The notes beneath the pieces were generated by a model. That model had not been told where the DNA came from and ran no database searches. It was given only the letters and a program-made list of their open reading frames with translations. From positions 9,052,001 through 9,116,000 of the forward strand of contig JBHGNT010000020.1 of assembly GCA_043228905.1 (NCBI GenBank): 64,000 nt of DNA. Reading direction: 5' to 3'. This DNA is from Azolla caroliniana (taxonomy: Eukaryota > Plantae > Polypodiophyta). A program made the position numbers and the translations under genes. Shown here piece by piece: positions 12,404 to 24,479 of the stretch; within the stretch, counting starts at the first letter, position 1; every line of letters begins with the position of its first letter.

Positions 12404-15030
12404 TCAGAACCCATTGACCCATTTACCCAGAACCTCGCCAGCGAGTGTCCCTAACTGGTAGGAACCGTTGAACTCACGCGTAATCCAGTATGGTTCGGTC
12501 CACCGAAACCGTAGCTTCCCCGGCATCTTACCCATCCGGATCTGGAATACTAGTACCGGCTTACCAATTCCAAACATCTTTTTGTTCCCTTTCCGGTGAT
12601 GATCCACGCATGCTTTCCTTCGCCGTTGCTCTAATTCTAGGTGCATGATGTTGGCTAGCCGGTGTTCTTCCAATTCGCACAGCGTGGCTAACCGGATAGC
12701 TTCCGATTCCTTCTCATTTAGGCGTTCCTGAATCTGTATTCGTAAACTCGGTACCTGGAACTCTACCGGCATCACTACTTCCAATCCGAACGCTAGGCGA
12801 AACGGTGTTGTCCGGATACTTGTCTTATATGTTGTTCGGTAGGCCCAGAGTGCACTGTGTAGCTTTGTATCCCAATCCGTCCGGTTCTCATTGACGATTT
12901 TTCGCAGGATGTTCTGTAATGTTTTATTTGTTGACTCAGCTAATCTGTTGGCTTGCGGATAATAGGGAGTGCTCCGTTTGTGCACCACCGCATAAAATGT
13001 CATCAAACTTTCTACTACTTGCCCTAAGAAGTGCCCACCTTGGTCACTTATTAGCTCTATCGGACATCCATACCAGCACCAGATGTTTTCATATAAAAAA
13101 TTTGTCATGGATGCCGCGGTGTTGTCGCACAGTGCTTTGGCTTCCACCCATTTTGTACAATAATCCATAGCGACAATTACGTACCGGTTGCCGGTTCTCA
13201 TTGCTGGTGGTTTGAACGGACCGAAAAAATCCAGCCCCCATTTCTGAAATGGTTCTAATGGTAGCACGGGCTGGTGAGGCATTCTGGCTTGTTCGGTTGG
13301 TTGGCCCATTCACTGACATAGGTTGCATTCTTTAGTGTACCGAACTGCATCCTTCAATGTTGTCGGCCACCATAGTCCACTTTGCCATATTTTCCTTGCC
13401 GTAGCATCTCCGGCATAATGTCCTCCAGCCACTCCGGAGTGTGCTTCGCGCAATATTATTTCCTTTTCGTCGTTGCGCACTACACGCCGCCATATGCCAT
13501 CGGCGCCCTTGTGGTACAGTGTGTCCTGTAATAGACAGAAGTGCCAGCTTTGAACCGCTAAGCGTTTCCTTTCGTTTCTGTTCATCTCCTCCGGAGGTAA
13601 GCCGGTGCTCAGAAATTGGTGCATGTAGGTGAGCCATTTGTCTTCCTCTGCGATCGTACCATCCATTGTCGTTTCTGTTGGGACTCTAAACAACTCTACA
13701 TCCAGAAAGTCGTCTGGGACGCCGTCACTAGTTTCACCAGAATCTAACCGGCTCAAATAGTCTGCTACCGCATGTTGTATGCCGGGTCGGTGGAATATCT
13801 CGAACTCAAATTCTTGTAATAGTAACGTCCACCGGGCCAGTTTCCCGGTGAGTGATGCTTTGGACACCAAGTAGAGGAGCGCCGAATGATCTACGTGAAA
13901 GGAAAATTTCCTTCCCAACAGATAGTGTCTAAACTTGGTGACACTGTAGATCATACCCAAGGCCTCTCTTTCCGTTGTGGAATAATTACGTTCCGCTTGG
14001 GACAGCTTCCGGCTGGCATAATACACTGGTCGGTACCATTTTGGTTCTGTAAGTTGCATCAGCGCGCTCCCGATTGCGATGTCAGACGCGTCAACGAACA
14101 CATGGAACTCTTTAGACCAATCCGGAGGTTGTACCACCAGCGCTTGTGACAATAGTACTTTTAGTGCCCGGTAAGCCTGGTCTTTTGTGTTCGTCCATCA
14201 GAACGATGTCCGATGTACCGCGGCATGCAATGGTGTAGCTAGGTCGGCCAGATACCGGAGCATTCGGCTATGCCACCGAATTTGTCCTAAGAACCAACTT
14301 AGTGCCTTTGTCGTGGCTAGTGCCGGTGCCTCCATGATTGCTTTTACTTTGTCCGGATCTACTGCGATACCGTCCTTGCTCACTATGTGCCCCAGTAACG
14401 CTCCACTAGTTACTCTGAACACGCATTTTGTCGGGTTAAGGCTTAGCCAGTAAACCCTACATTTCTCCAAACATAGTCGAAGGTGCTGAGGTGATCCCCT
14501 TCCCGGCTATAAACAACGAAGTCGTCCAAGAACACCTGCATGAATGTCGGAATGAATTCTCCGAAAATGTCCATGATGATCCGCTGGAAGGTGGTCGGCG
14601 CTGTTTTCAGTCCAAACATCATCACTACGGCAACAAAGACTCCCCATTTGGTGGCAAAAGCGGTTTTCTCCTGGTCGTCGGGGTGCATCCGGATTTGATT
14701 ATAGCCGCTAAACCCGTCCAGGAAACTGTACACCTCATGACCGGCGACCGCATCCAAGACTCCATTCGTGAATGGGAGTGGAAAGGCGTCCGTTACCGTA
14801 GCCGCATTCAATTTCCGGTAGTCGACACACACTCTTATCTTACCGTTCTTTTTGGGTACTACGACTATCGGACTAAGCCATGTGGCTTTCTTTACCGGTC
14901 GGATGAAGCCAACCCTTAGCAACTTGTCGATTTCTTCTTTGACTTTTGTTGCGTAATTCGGGTTCATCCGGTAACGCCGTTGCGCTACCGGTTTGGCGTC
15001 TTGACTCAGATGTATCTGGTGTTGATACAA
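12404..15030 (-). pseudogene. Gypsy pol: reverse transcriptase, RNase H and integrase, with stops and frameshifts
   Basis: SPIVVVPKKNGKIRVCVDYRKLN, LDGFSGYNQI, FLDD; DASDIAIG, NYSTTERE, ADYLSR; HHCC; WGLDF, SDQGGHF, AESTNK; GPY/F-like tail. Confidence 0.95.
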
Positions 15031-17978
15031 CTAAGGATCGAGTACCTGCATGTCCTCATAGGACCAGGCGAACACATCGCGAAATTCTTTTAGGAGTGTG
15101 ATCATTGCCGTTTTGTTTTCCGGGGTCATTTCCTTGGCAATGTGAACCGGTCTTGCGTCCTTTGTGGTACCTAGGTTAACCTCTTCTAGTTGGGATGCTT
15201 TTATGCGCTGCGACACCACCATTTCCCTTTCCAGTGCCTCTTGTGCTTGCCGGATCGCTTCTTTATCCGGTTCCTCGTCGGTCCCATCCAGTTGCAGCAT
15301 GTACGGCGATACTGCTTCGGCTACATCAATTTCGAACAACGGTACGATTTTCGGATTTTCCTTTAAGTATTGATCGACCTCTTCGTCTGCCAATCCTTCC
15401 AGCATGTTGACACATTCCGCATATAGCGGCATCAATTCCTTGCCGATACCGGACTGTGGTTGAGTCTATACTCGTACTTTCACTTTTCCACGCCGGAACG
15501 TAATTATATTCTTCCTCCAGTTTTGCTTGATGTGTGTTGTTTTTAACCAAGGGCGTCCCAACAATAGTGGGTAAGCTCCCAGAGCCTGTAGCTGGAGAAC
15601 TACTGCGGAAATGCGAAACGTGTGACCCTCGATGGTTACTTCTAGATCACGTATTAATCCGGTCGGTCGTACTAAGCTTGTGTCCGCAATCCGAAGCCAA
15701 AACGGGCATTGTTCCCAATCATGGATTCCTAAAGTGTTACACGTTCAGAGGCTGATCATGTTCACGCCGAATCCGCCATCGATAATCGTGTCGGGTAGCT
15801 CTTTTCCTTTCACGATGGCTGTGATAGCCGGACTACTCGTGTCTACCACTGCTGGTCCTTCCTCCGGATTTGAAAAGAATGTGGGAGCCGGTGGCGTGTT
15901 GGCTGTCGTCCTTCTTGTCTTCAGTACTTCCGTGAAGCGTGGTACCAGTTGCAATAGCCGGCCTAACGGCAACGTTATTTGGCATTCTTGCAACGCCTGC
16001 CATGTTGGGTTTTCGGGCTGCCCCAGGCCGGTGAGCTCTTCGGCATTCTCCTTTTGTTGTTCGAACTCAGCTACATTCCGCTCGTTTGCCTTCTTCACCC
16101 ATTCGGTTGCCTGCTTCCGAATGGCTTCTTGAATTTCCCACTCCGTGGGTTTGCCCTTTGATCGTGTGGTGACTTGTTGTATGTCCACGACTTCCGCGTC
16201 TACCATGTTCACCATTGGTCGCTTGTCGTAGCTCTTCACCGGACATTGATTACTATAGTGGCCTTCTTGCCAGCAATAATAGCAGTACGGCTTCCAGGTG
16301 TTGCTGGATTCGGCGTGTGTGCTTGGTGGAGGTCCTGTGGTAAGTGCTTGGTTTTGGTCCGGTTGACTGCTTGGAGCGCCCTTTTCCGGTTCCCGTGGAT
16401 GACCCCCCTTTTTGTTGAAATTACATTTCTTATTGAAATTCTTTTTGTTGCGGTAACCTTGTCGGGGCTGGTCATCATACTTGCCATAGTTGTCCCGTTG
16501 TTGGTTGTAACCAGGGGAGTGATCCTGGTTGTATCTCTCATACCATCCATTATAGTCCCGGTATCTATCCTGTCTATCACACCGGTCATAAGCGTCTCTT
16601 CGATCACTATACCGGACATCTTGTGCCGGCCGGTAGCGCTCCTCTCGCCGCCAGCGTTCTTCTTCTTCCTCCCGGTTGCTTCGTGGTTCAATTTGTCGGA
16701 CCGGTGGTGCTTGCCGATTTAACAAGTTATACTCAAATCATTCCATTGTGTGACTTCTGGAGTGGCAGAGCAAGCATTGGGAATGCATGGTGCATTCCAA
16801 TGTCGAATGTCCGGCATTCAAGCATGTCGTGCATTGAATTGCTTGTCGGAAACGGAGGTCCTCATCTGTCGGTAGTGCACGCTGAAGTGCGCCCATGGTT
16901 AGCCATGAACTTGAGTTTTCCATTTCCCGAACTCAGTCGATCACTTGATCTATGCTGCTGGTGCGGAAATCAATGATGGTCACAACGTTCGTAAGGGTTC
17001 CCAGAGTGCTGCTAAGAATATGGCCTTTGTTTCTTCCTCCGGTGGTGTCCAGCTGAGCTGACTGTGGATCCGCTGGAACCGGATGACAAACTTTTGAATG
17101 TTCTCCGTTGGTTCCTGTCGGATACTGTAAAATAAGCCTACCATTTCCCATTGGTCCATCTCCTTGTGAAAGAAATGCAAGAATTTTGCTTTTAATGTTT
17201 CAAACGTGGGGATGGTGTTGGGATCTTGTGTTCGGTGCCATCTGGCAGCCGGTCCCTCCAAGGTCATGCCGAACTCTGCCCTTTTTGAGCATTCCTCTTC
17301 GGCTGCATTTAAGCGTTGGGACACATGGTTTGCCTCCCAAGTCTTTTGAAACGCATGGACGTGGGCTTCCGTGTCCGGATCATCCCGGTATCTGGGATAT
17401 TGGAACGGCATATCGTCGTCTGGTGTCGGTACACGGGCTGGTGGTGTCGATGGTCTGTCCCGCTCCTCTGTCGGTGTTGGAGGCCTCTCGTCCTTCACTT
17501 CTGGTTCTGGTTCCGGAGTGTGCTCGACTTCTTGTGCCGGAGGTTCCAGCGTTGTCAATTCTGGTTCCGGTGTCGGCAAGGTATCCGACTCCTCGTCCTC
17601 CGGTCCGTTTGGGGTGTCGTTACTGTTGCGGTAGTTCGTCTGCGCGTTGTATTCCCTGTCCGAACCCGATTCAAATGCCGAAAATGCTTCAGATTCACCT
17701 TCGCCCGCTACCAATGCCTGGAGAAGGGATTCTGCTTCCCGGAGGCTGCTTAGGGTGCTTCCTTCGTCCGGGTAATCGTTTTGTTGTAAACAAAGTGACT
17801 CCTTGGCCACTCTCCGGATCACTTTGCAAAATGAGCGATCCGCTCTAATTTCTTCTGCCGCTTGCTGGAAAGCCTCTCGTTTCCTCAACCGTTCAGCAGG
17901 TCTCCTTGCTCGCTCCGTAACTGGGTCGTTCGTTGGTCGCGTCATCCATTCCCGTCGTTGTTCGTTGCGATTGTGCAA
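15031..17978 (-). pseudogene. Gypsy gag (retrotrans_gag, zinc knuckles) and aspartic protease, frameshifted
   Basis: FGMTLEGPAARW gag motif; CTTCLNAGHSTLEC and CYYCWQEGHYSNQC knuckles; IIDGGFGVN protease site. Confidence 0.88.
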
Positions 17979-18430
17979 GAATCGTGGTTGCCAAAACCTG
18001 TGTTATTCCTTAGGGGCGGACAATGCCCTAACACAGGGTGTCTACGGAAGACACTTCACCAAAGGGGTGTTACGGCGAGATAACTTAAGCCACAACGATT
18101 AAGCAGACTCAATTGGCTACTTCGCAATATGGCATTAACTTAATACACGAGTAAGATATAACAATTAATACAGAACGGTAATCAATATGTGAAGATAAAA
18201 CAAGAAGCTTAAATTAATTCTCCATTAAAGTTTTACATTGTAATCGGGCCTTTATATAGGTCCCCGGTGTTGCGTACAAAACGGTGCCAACCGGCACCTA
18301 TTCAGAACCGGTCTAGCTCCGGATCGGCATACCGATTCCGGTCCGTCCGTTCACTACTTAATTAAAATAGATTCTGAATAACAATCCCTTTCACATTCTA
18401 GTCTTTAACTCCTTTGCCGGTCGGGTAACA

Positions 18431-18750
18431 TAATGCGATCAAAGTGATTTTTTTCCCAGCCACTGTCACATCATGGAAGCAACCAATGGATATAGGAATT
18501 ATTCCAGCGTTGAAAAAGAGGAACAAATATCATTTGATAAGAGAAATTTTGACATATCATGATAGTCTAGAAAATGTTAAGATTCATTTGGAGGATGTAG
18601 CTAAACGAATGAGAATAGGTTCTGTTGGTTTAGCTTTTGGAAAGTCGGCACATTTGCTAAATGCTTCTAATCTCATTGTTATTGCTTGGAATGAGATCAA
18701 GCAAGAAACACTTTTTAATTGCTATAGAAAGGCAAACATTATTCCATCAA
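18431..18750 (+). pseudogene. pogo transposase copy 1, 3' part
   Basis: FFPATVTSWKQPMDIGII resumes exactly where 5804 stops; TSD tgatg (5800-5804) / taatg (18431-18435). Confidence 0.9.
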
Positions 18751-18926
18751 AAATAATTGATTGTGGAAGAGTATAGGATGTATTTGTCTCATTTTTATGG
18801 CTGAATTAGAGTCCATACGCCGATTGGGTTCACAAATTATCGGTTTATTAGACCGAGGCTTTAGGTAATTAAAAAATTATAATAGATAAGTCAATGTGAA
18901 ATTAGCTAATTAGCTTTATCACAAAG

Positions 18927-20215
18927 ATGAATTCAACCCATAAGCTAGGTACTGGACCTCGTTTGAATGATGAACAAAGGCTACAAATTTTGGAGATAGT
19001 GGAACAGCCATCAGCTAGTAGAAAATTTGGTGTAAGTGAATCCGCGATTAGAAGTTTGATCAAGAAGAAGGATGAGATACGAATGTGTCCAATTAAAAGA
19101 TCATAATCAAGGAAAACAACTTTTAGGGGATCCAAAGGGAAATATCCTGAATTAGAGGAACGCTTGTATGCTTAGATTGATGCATCTCGTCGATTGTCAA
19201 TTGCAGTGCCTCCATCAATTATTATAGAGAAGGCTCGACCACTAGCTACACAAGTGAACATTTATGATGATGATTTCAAAGCAACTTGGGGTTGGTTTAG
19301 GAAATTTCGTCATCGCCAATGTTTGAATACTATTAGTTTGTATGGGGAAGGAGAGGCAATTGATCGAAATGACCCAAAATTGTTGGCTTCTTTGAAAAGG
19401 CTCTATGCTATAATCAACGAGTATGATGCTAGTTGTGTTTACAATATGGATGAAACGGGCTTGTTTATTTTATTAGTTCCAAGATACACAATCCTTTTGC
19501 CTAGTGAAGATCCTACAACAATTTGAGGTAAAAAAATATGCTAAATAGAGTTACCTTAGTTGTTTGTTGTAATGCGACAGGAACTGAAAAAGTTCCCATT
19601 ACAATGATTGCAAAGGCTAAGGAACCAGCTTCTATTGTTGGAAATTCTTGGCCATTACCCTATTTAGCACAAAACAATGCTTGGATTGATATCCCCACTT
19701 TTAATAAGTGGTTTGACCATGTGTTTGTACCTTTTGTTCATTCTCAAACTAATCGCAAAGTGCTTCTAATCCTTAACAATGCTCCTGGTCATGCCGAAAC
19801 ATTTGAGCGTGATGCTATTAATGTCACATTATGGAAGCAACCAATGGATATGGGAATTATTGCAACTTTGAAAAAGAGGAACAAATATAATTTGATAAGA
19901 GAAATTTTGACATACCATGATAGTCTAGAAAATATGAAGATTCCTTTGGAGGATGTAGCTAAACGAATGAGAAGAGGTTTTGTTGGTTTAGCTTTTGGAA
20001 AGTCGGCACAATTGCTAGATGCTTCCAATCTTATTGTTATTGCTTGGAACGAGATCAAGTAGGAAACACTTTTTAATTGCTATAGAAAGGCAGATATTAT
20101 TCCATTGCTCCACATTAATGATGTTGAACCCATTGAAATGGAAGATCAATGCCTTGATGATCTTGTTGCTTTGTTATGTAACAGTAGTTTGCTTCAAAAT
20201 GCACATAATGTAGAA
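18927..20215 (+). pseudogene. pogo transposase copy 2
   Basis: NMDETG, LILNNAPGH, QPMDMGII; several stops and frameshifts; preceded by one satellite unit (~18750-18880). Confidence 0.9.
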
Positions 20216-20289
20216 GAAATCTGAGAGGAAATCTGATCTCAAGGAAAATTTGTGCATTTAGGGCTTTTTACACAAATTTTTTTTCTCCA

Positions 20290-21525
20290 ATTTTTCTTTT
20301 TGGAATAGTATGTGATGTATTTTTCTTGTTTTTATTGCTGAATTTGAGTTCATAAGTTGATTAGGTTCATAAATTATGGGTTTCTTAGACCTAGGGATTA
20401 GGGAAATCGAAAATAATTGATTTTGGAAAAGTATGTGATGTATTTTTCTTGTTTTTATTGCTGAATTTGAGTCCATATGTTAATTAGGTTCATAAATTAT
20501 GTGTTTCTTAGACCGAGGGTTTAGGGAAATCAAATATAATTGATTTTGGAAGATTATGTGATGTATTTTTCTTGTTTTTATAGCTGAATTTGAGTCCATA
20601 TGTTGACTAGGTTCATAAATTATGGGTTTTTTAGACCGGGGGTTTAGGGAAATAAAAAATAATTGATTTTGGAAGATTATGTGATGTATTTTTCTTGTTT
20701 TTATTGTTGAATTCGAGACCATATGTTTATTAAGTTCATAAATTATGGGTTTCTTACACCGAGGGTTTAGGGAAATAAAAAATAATTGATTTTGGAAGAG
20801 TATGTGATGTATTTTTCTTGTTTTTATTGATGAATTTAAGTCCATATGTTGACTAGGTTCATAAATTATAGGTTTCTTAGACCGAGGGTTTAGGGAAATC
20901 GAAAATAATTGATTTTGGAAGAGTGTGTGATGTATTTTTCTTGTTTTTATTGCTGAATTTGAGTCCATATGTTGATTAGGTTCATAAATTATGTGTTTCT
21001 TAGACTGAGGGTTTAGGGAAATCAAATATAATTGATTTTGGAAGATTATGTGATGTATTTTTCTTGTTTTTATAGCTGAATTTGAGTCCATATGTTGACT
21101 AGGTTCATAAATTATGGGTTTTTTAGACCGAGGGTTTAGGGAAATAAAAAATAATTGATTTTGGAAGAGTATGTGATGTATTTTTCTTGTTTTTATTACT
21201 GAATTTGAGACCATATGTTGATTGGGTTCATAAATTATGGGTTTCTTAGACCGACGGTTCAGGGAATTTGAAAATAATTAATTGTAGAAGAGTATGGAAT
21301 GTATTTGTTTGGTTTTTATGGCTGAATTAGAGTCCATACACCGATTAGGTTCACAAATTATGGGTTTCTCAGTCCAAGGGTTTAGGGAATTCAAAAATAA
21401 TTGATTGTGGAAGAGTATAGGATGTATTTGTCTCATTTTTATGGCTGAATTAGAGTCCATACGCCGATTGGGTTCACAAATTATCGGTTTATTAGACCGA
21501 GGCTTTAGGTAATTAAAAAATTATA
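20290..21525. repeat. Tandem satellite array, 123-bp unit, ~10 copies, homologous to the 114-bp array
   Basis: 41-aa periodicity in the antisense ORF 20480-21214; shares gggtttagggaa...ttaggttcataaatta with array 1. Confidence 0.95.
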
Positions 21526-21570
21526 ATAGATAAGTCAATGTGAAATTAGCTTATTAGCTTTATCACAAAG

Positions 21571-22531
21571 ATGAATTCAACCCATAAGCTAGGTACTGGA
21601 CCTCGTTTGAATGATGAACAAAGGCTACAAATTTTGGAGATAGTGGAACATCCATTAGCTAGTAGAAAATTTGGTGTAAGTGAATCCGCGATTAGAAGTT
21701 TGATCAAGAAGAAGGATGAGATACGAATGTGTGTCCAATTAAAAGATCATAATCAAGGAAAACAACTTTTAGGGGATCCAAAGGGAAATATCCTGAATTA
21801 GAGGAACGCTTGTATGCTTAGATTGATGCATCTCGTCGATTGTCAATTGTAGTGCCTCCATCAATTATTATGGAGAAGGCTCCACCATTAGCTACACAAG
21901 TGAACATTTATGATGATGATTTCAAAGCAACTTGGGGTTGGTTTAGGAAATTTCGTCATCGCCAATGTTTGAATACTATTAGTTTCTATGGGGAAGGAGG
22001 GGCAATTGATCGAAATGACCCAAAATTGTTGGCTTCTTTAAAAAGGCTCTATGCTATAATCAACGAGTATGATGCTAGTTGTGTTTACAATATGGATGAA
22101 ACGGGCTTGTTTATTTTATTAGTTCCAAGATACACAATCCTTTTGCCTAGTGAAGATCCTACAACAATTCGAGGTAAAAAAATATGCTAAATAGAGTTAC
22201 CTTAGTTGTTTGTTGTAATGCGACAGGAACTGAAAAAGTTCCCATTACAATGATTGCAAAGGCTAAGTAACCAGCTTCTATTGTTGGAAATTCTTGGCCA
22301 TTACCCTATTTAGCACAAAACAATGCTTGGATTGATATCCCTACTTTTAATAAGTGGTTTGATCAGATGTTTGTACCTTTTGTTCATTCTCAAACTAATC
22401 GCAAAGTGCTTCTAATCCTTAACAATGCTCCTGGTCATGCCGAAACATTTGAGCGTGATGCTATCAATGTGATTTTTTTCCCAGCCAATGTCACATTATG
22501 GAAGCAACCAATGGATATGGTAATTATTGCA
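21571..22531 (+). pseudogene. pogo transposase copy 3, 3'-truncated, near-identical to copy 2
   Basis: 21395-22530 aligns by eye to 18750-19865 with few differences. Confidence 0.9.
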
Positions 22532-23054
22532 GTGTCCGTGGAAGGCCTTCCACACCACACTCTCTTAACAATTGTAAGAGGCTTTCCAATTTTCTAAATG
22601 CAAGATCCTCTTTTGCTATATAATATACAGATTTAAGCAATTTTTCAATTGTTAAATCTACACTAGCCTTTTTCTTTTATGCACATTTTTTAAGGTCATT
22701 GTTGTCTCGTTCTTGTAACAAAGTGGTATCTTGATGGGCCACACTTCTTATAAGCTCTTCTAATGTAAAAGTCTTAAAAAATTTGGCACCTATTTCGCCA
22801 AATAAAGACTTACAATGAGGATCAAGGATCACTCCTACAATAACTACACCACAAAACCAAGCATTGTAAAGAGGTTGATTTGCTTTCCTTTGCCTTTTTG
22901 TATTTTTGTTGTGGGACATACTGTAACAATAATGTAGAGTACGTTGGACTAGCATAATCTATGTGTTAATAATTAGGTAATTAACTAAGGGTTAATTAGT
23001 GTCTAATTATGTGAGTAGTTAATTACATGTGTGATTGAGTAGCGAAAGGCTATG

Positions 23055-23330
23055 TGATATATGTGTGTATGTGTGTGAGAGAAAGAAAGGAAGCACACTT
23101 ATGAAAAATTAGACAAGATGGGGATGATTAATAAGAGTATATATAGGTACAAGGATGTAAGTCCTATATTAAATGAACTTGGGTGTGGAAGATCTAGGAT
23201 ATATCTCACTTGAGTATAAAATCCTATTTAAGACTTTAAAGTCAACACACTAACAAGTTTCTATTTATGTAACTACTAAGTCACATAATTGACATAATAA
23301 CCAAACCTAATTGAGCTTGATATCTCGACA
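23055..23330. mobile_element. Possible degenerate solo LTR
   Basis: End ttgagcttgatatctcgaca resembles the family-X LTR end ttgagcttgattctcaaca; flanks ctatg/ttatg. Confidence 0.4.
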
Positions 23331-24479
23331 TTATGGATTCCTTTTACGAGAAGGGGAAACATATATACACAATCCATGTTTTCCAAAGAGAATAAACAAA
23401 TTAAAATAAATGGGACATATAGAAGATTACGATGCACTAAAGGATCAAGTTTCCACTATGGAGCTTCCAATCTATCAAAAAGTAAAGAAGAAAGAGCCAC
23501 ATTAGCCATTAGCCTACACACACATGCAATCACCTTTAAATCAGAATTCAAACATATACAAATAGAGTGTTCAGGGACTTGGCACTCAAATATATTCAAA
23601 CAGAGAGAAAAACAAAGACAAACAAAGAGAATTCAGAAACAGAGAAAGAAAAACAATGACCTAATAGGCAATAGAGAGACCATAATGAGTCAAGACTCTA
23701 GGATAAAGAGAAAATGAATCATCATGGAGTATTCAAACCCATGGAGTGTATATTCATAATGAATCTATAAAATTCATTCATTCAAACCACCATCAATTCA
23801 TGCACATATATTCAATATTTGTGCATATTCCTTTTCCCTTCCACAATCAATGCATTACTTCCTCTCAAAAAATTTGAATGTACTACTCTCCCTAATATGA
23901 ATATTCTTTATTAATATATTATTTTGGAAGTATTTATAATAATTGGAATCGCAAATCTAGGTTATAGTAACAAAATAAAACCTTGATCCATCATGTAACT
24001 ACATTTTTGCATTCTCTATATTTGTGCATATAACACATTCGCGTTCACAAGAGGAAGGATCGTGCAGAAATGGAACGATAAGGAATATTTCATTTGATTT
24101 TGGGGCTTATATACCCATTTCACAAAACACAATGATACTAGTATCGCACATTCTCAAAAAGTCGTTGGAAAAGCTTTAAAATCCATCATTTCATAAAGTT
24201 AGAAAGTCATAAAATTTATGCTCTAATCCAAAAATTACAAAGTGTGATTTCTCAGAAAAACAACAAGTGATGTTTTTTTAACAAACAATCGTCGTACAAA
24301 ATGATAGATTTCAAAACATAACCTTTATGGCATTCGAGTATTACAAACAGAATTTGATTACAAATTGATACCAAAAGTACATTTAAGAGTTTAGGGTTTA
24401 CATAAATCACTCCTTTTATGATCTAGAATCTGTACTATAATCAATATACAAGGTTGATTGTTTCTCGTCATCTTCAAAT

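Larger units (their letters stand above)
8930..18430 (-). mobile_element. Ty3/Gypsy retrotransposon B, no chromodomain seen. 5' LTR ~18001-18430, PBS 17984-17993, gag-PR-RT-RH-INT plus extra ORF; 3' LTR reduced to a ~16-bp stub
   Basis: Domain order RT-RH-INT; LTR termini tgtt...taaca; TATA on the - strand near 18253; stub tgtcggcagggtaaca resembles the LTR end tgccggtcgggtaaca. Confidence 0.92.

Noticed and set aside
20258-21460. ORFs encoding 41-aa repeats (MDSNSAIKTRK...)
   Set aside because: By-product of a 123-bp satellite read antisense. The homologous array has a 114-bp unit with indels, so the frame is not conserved.
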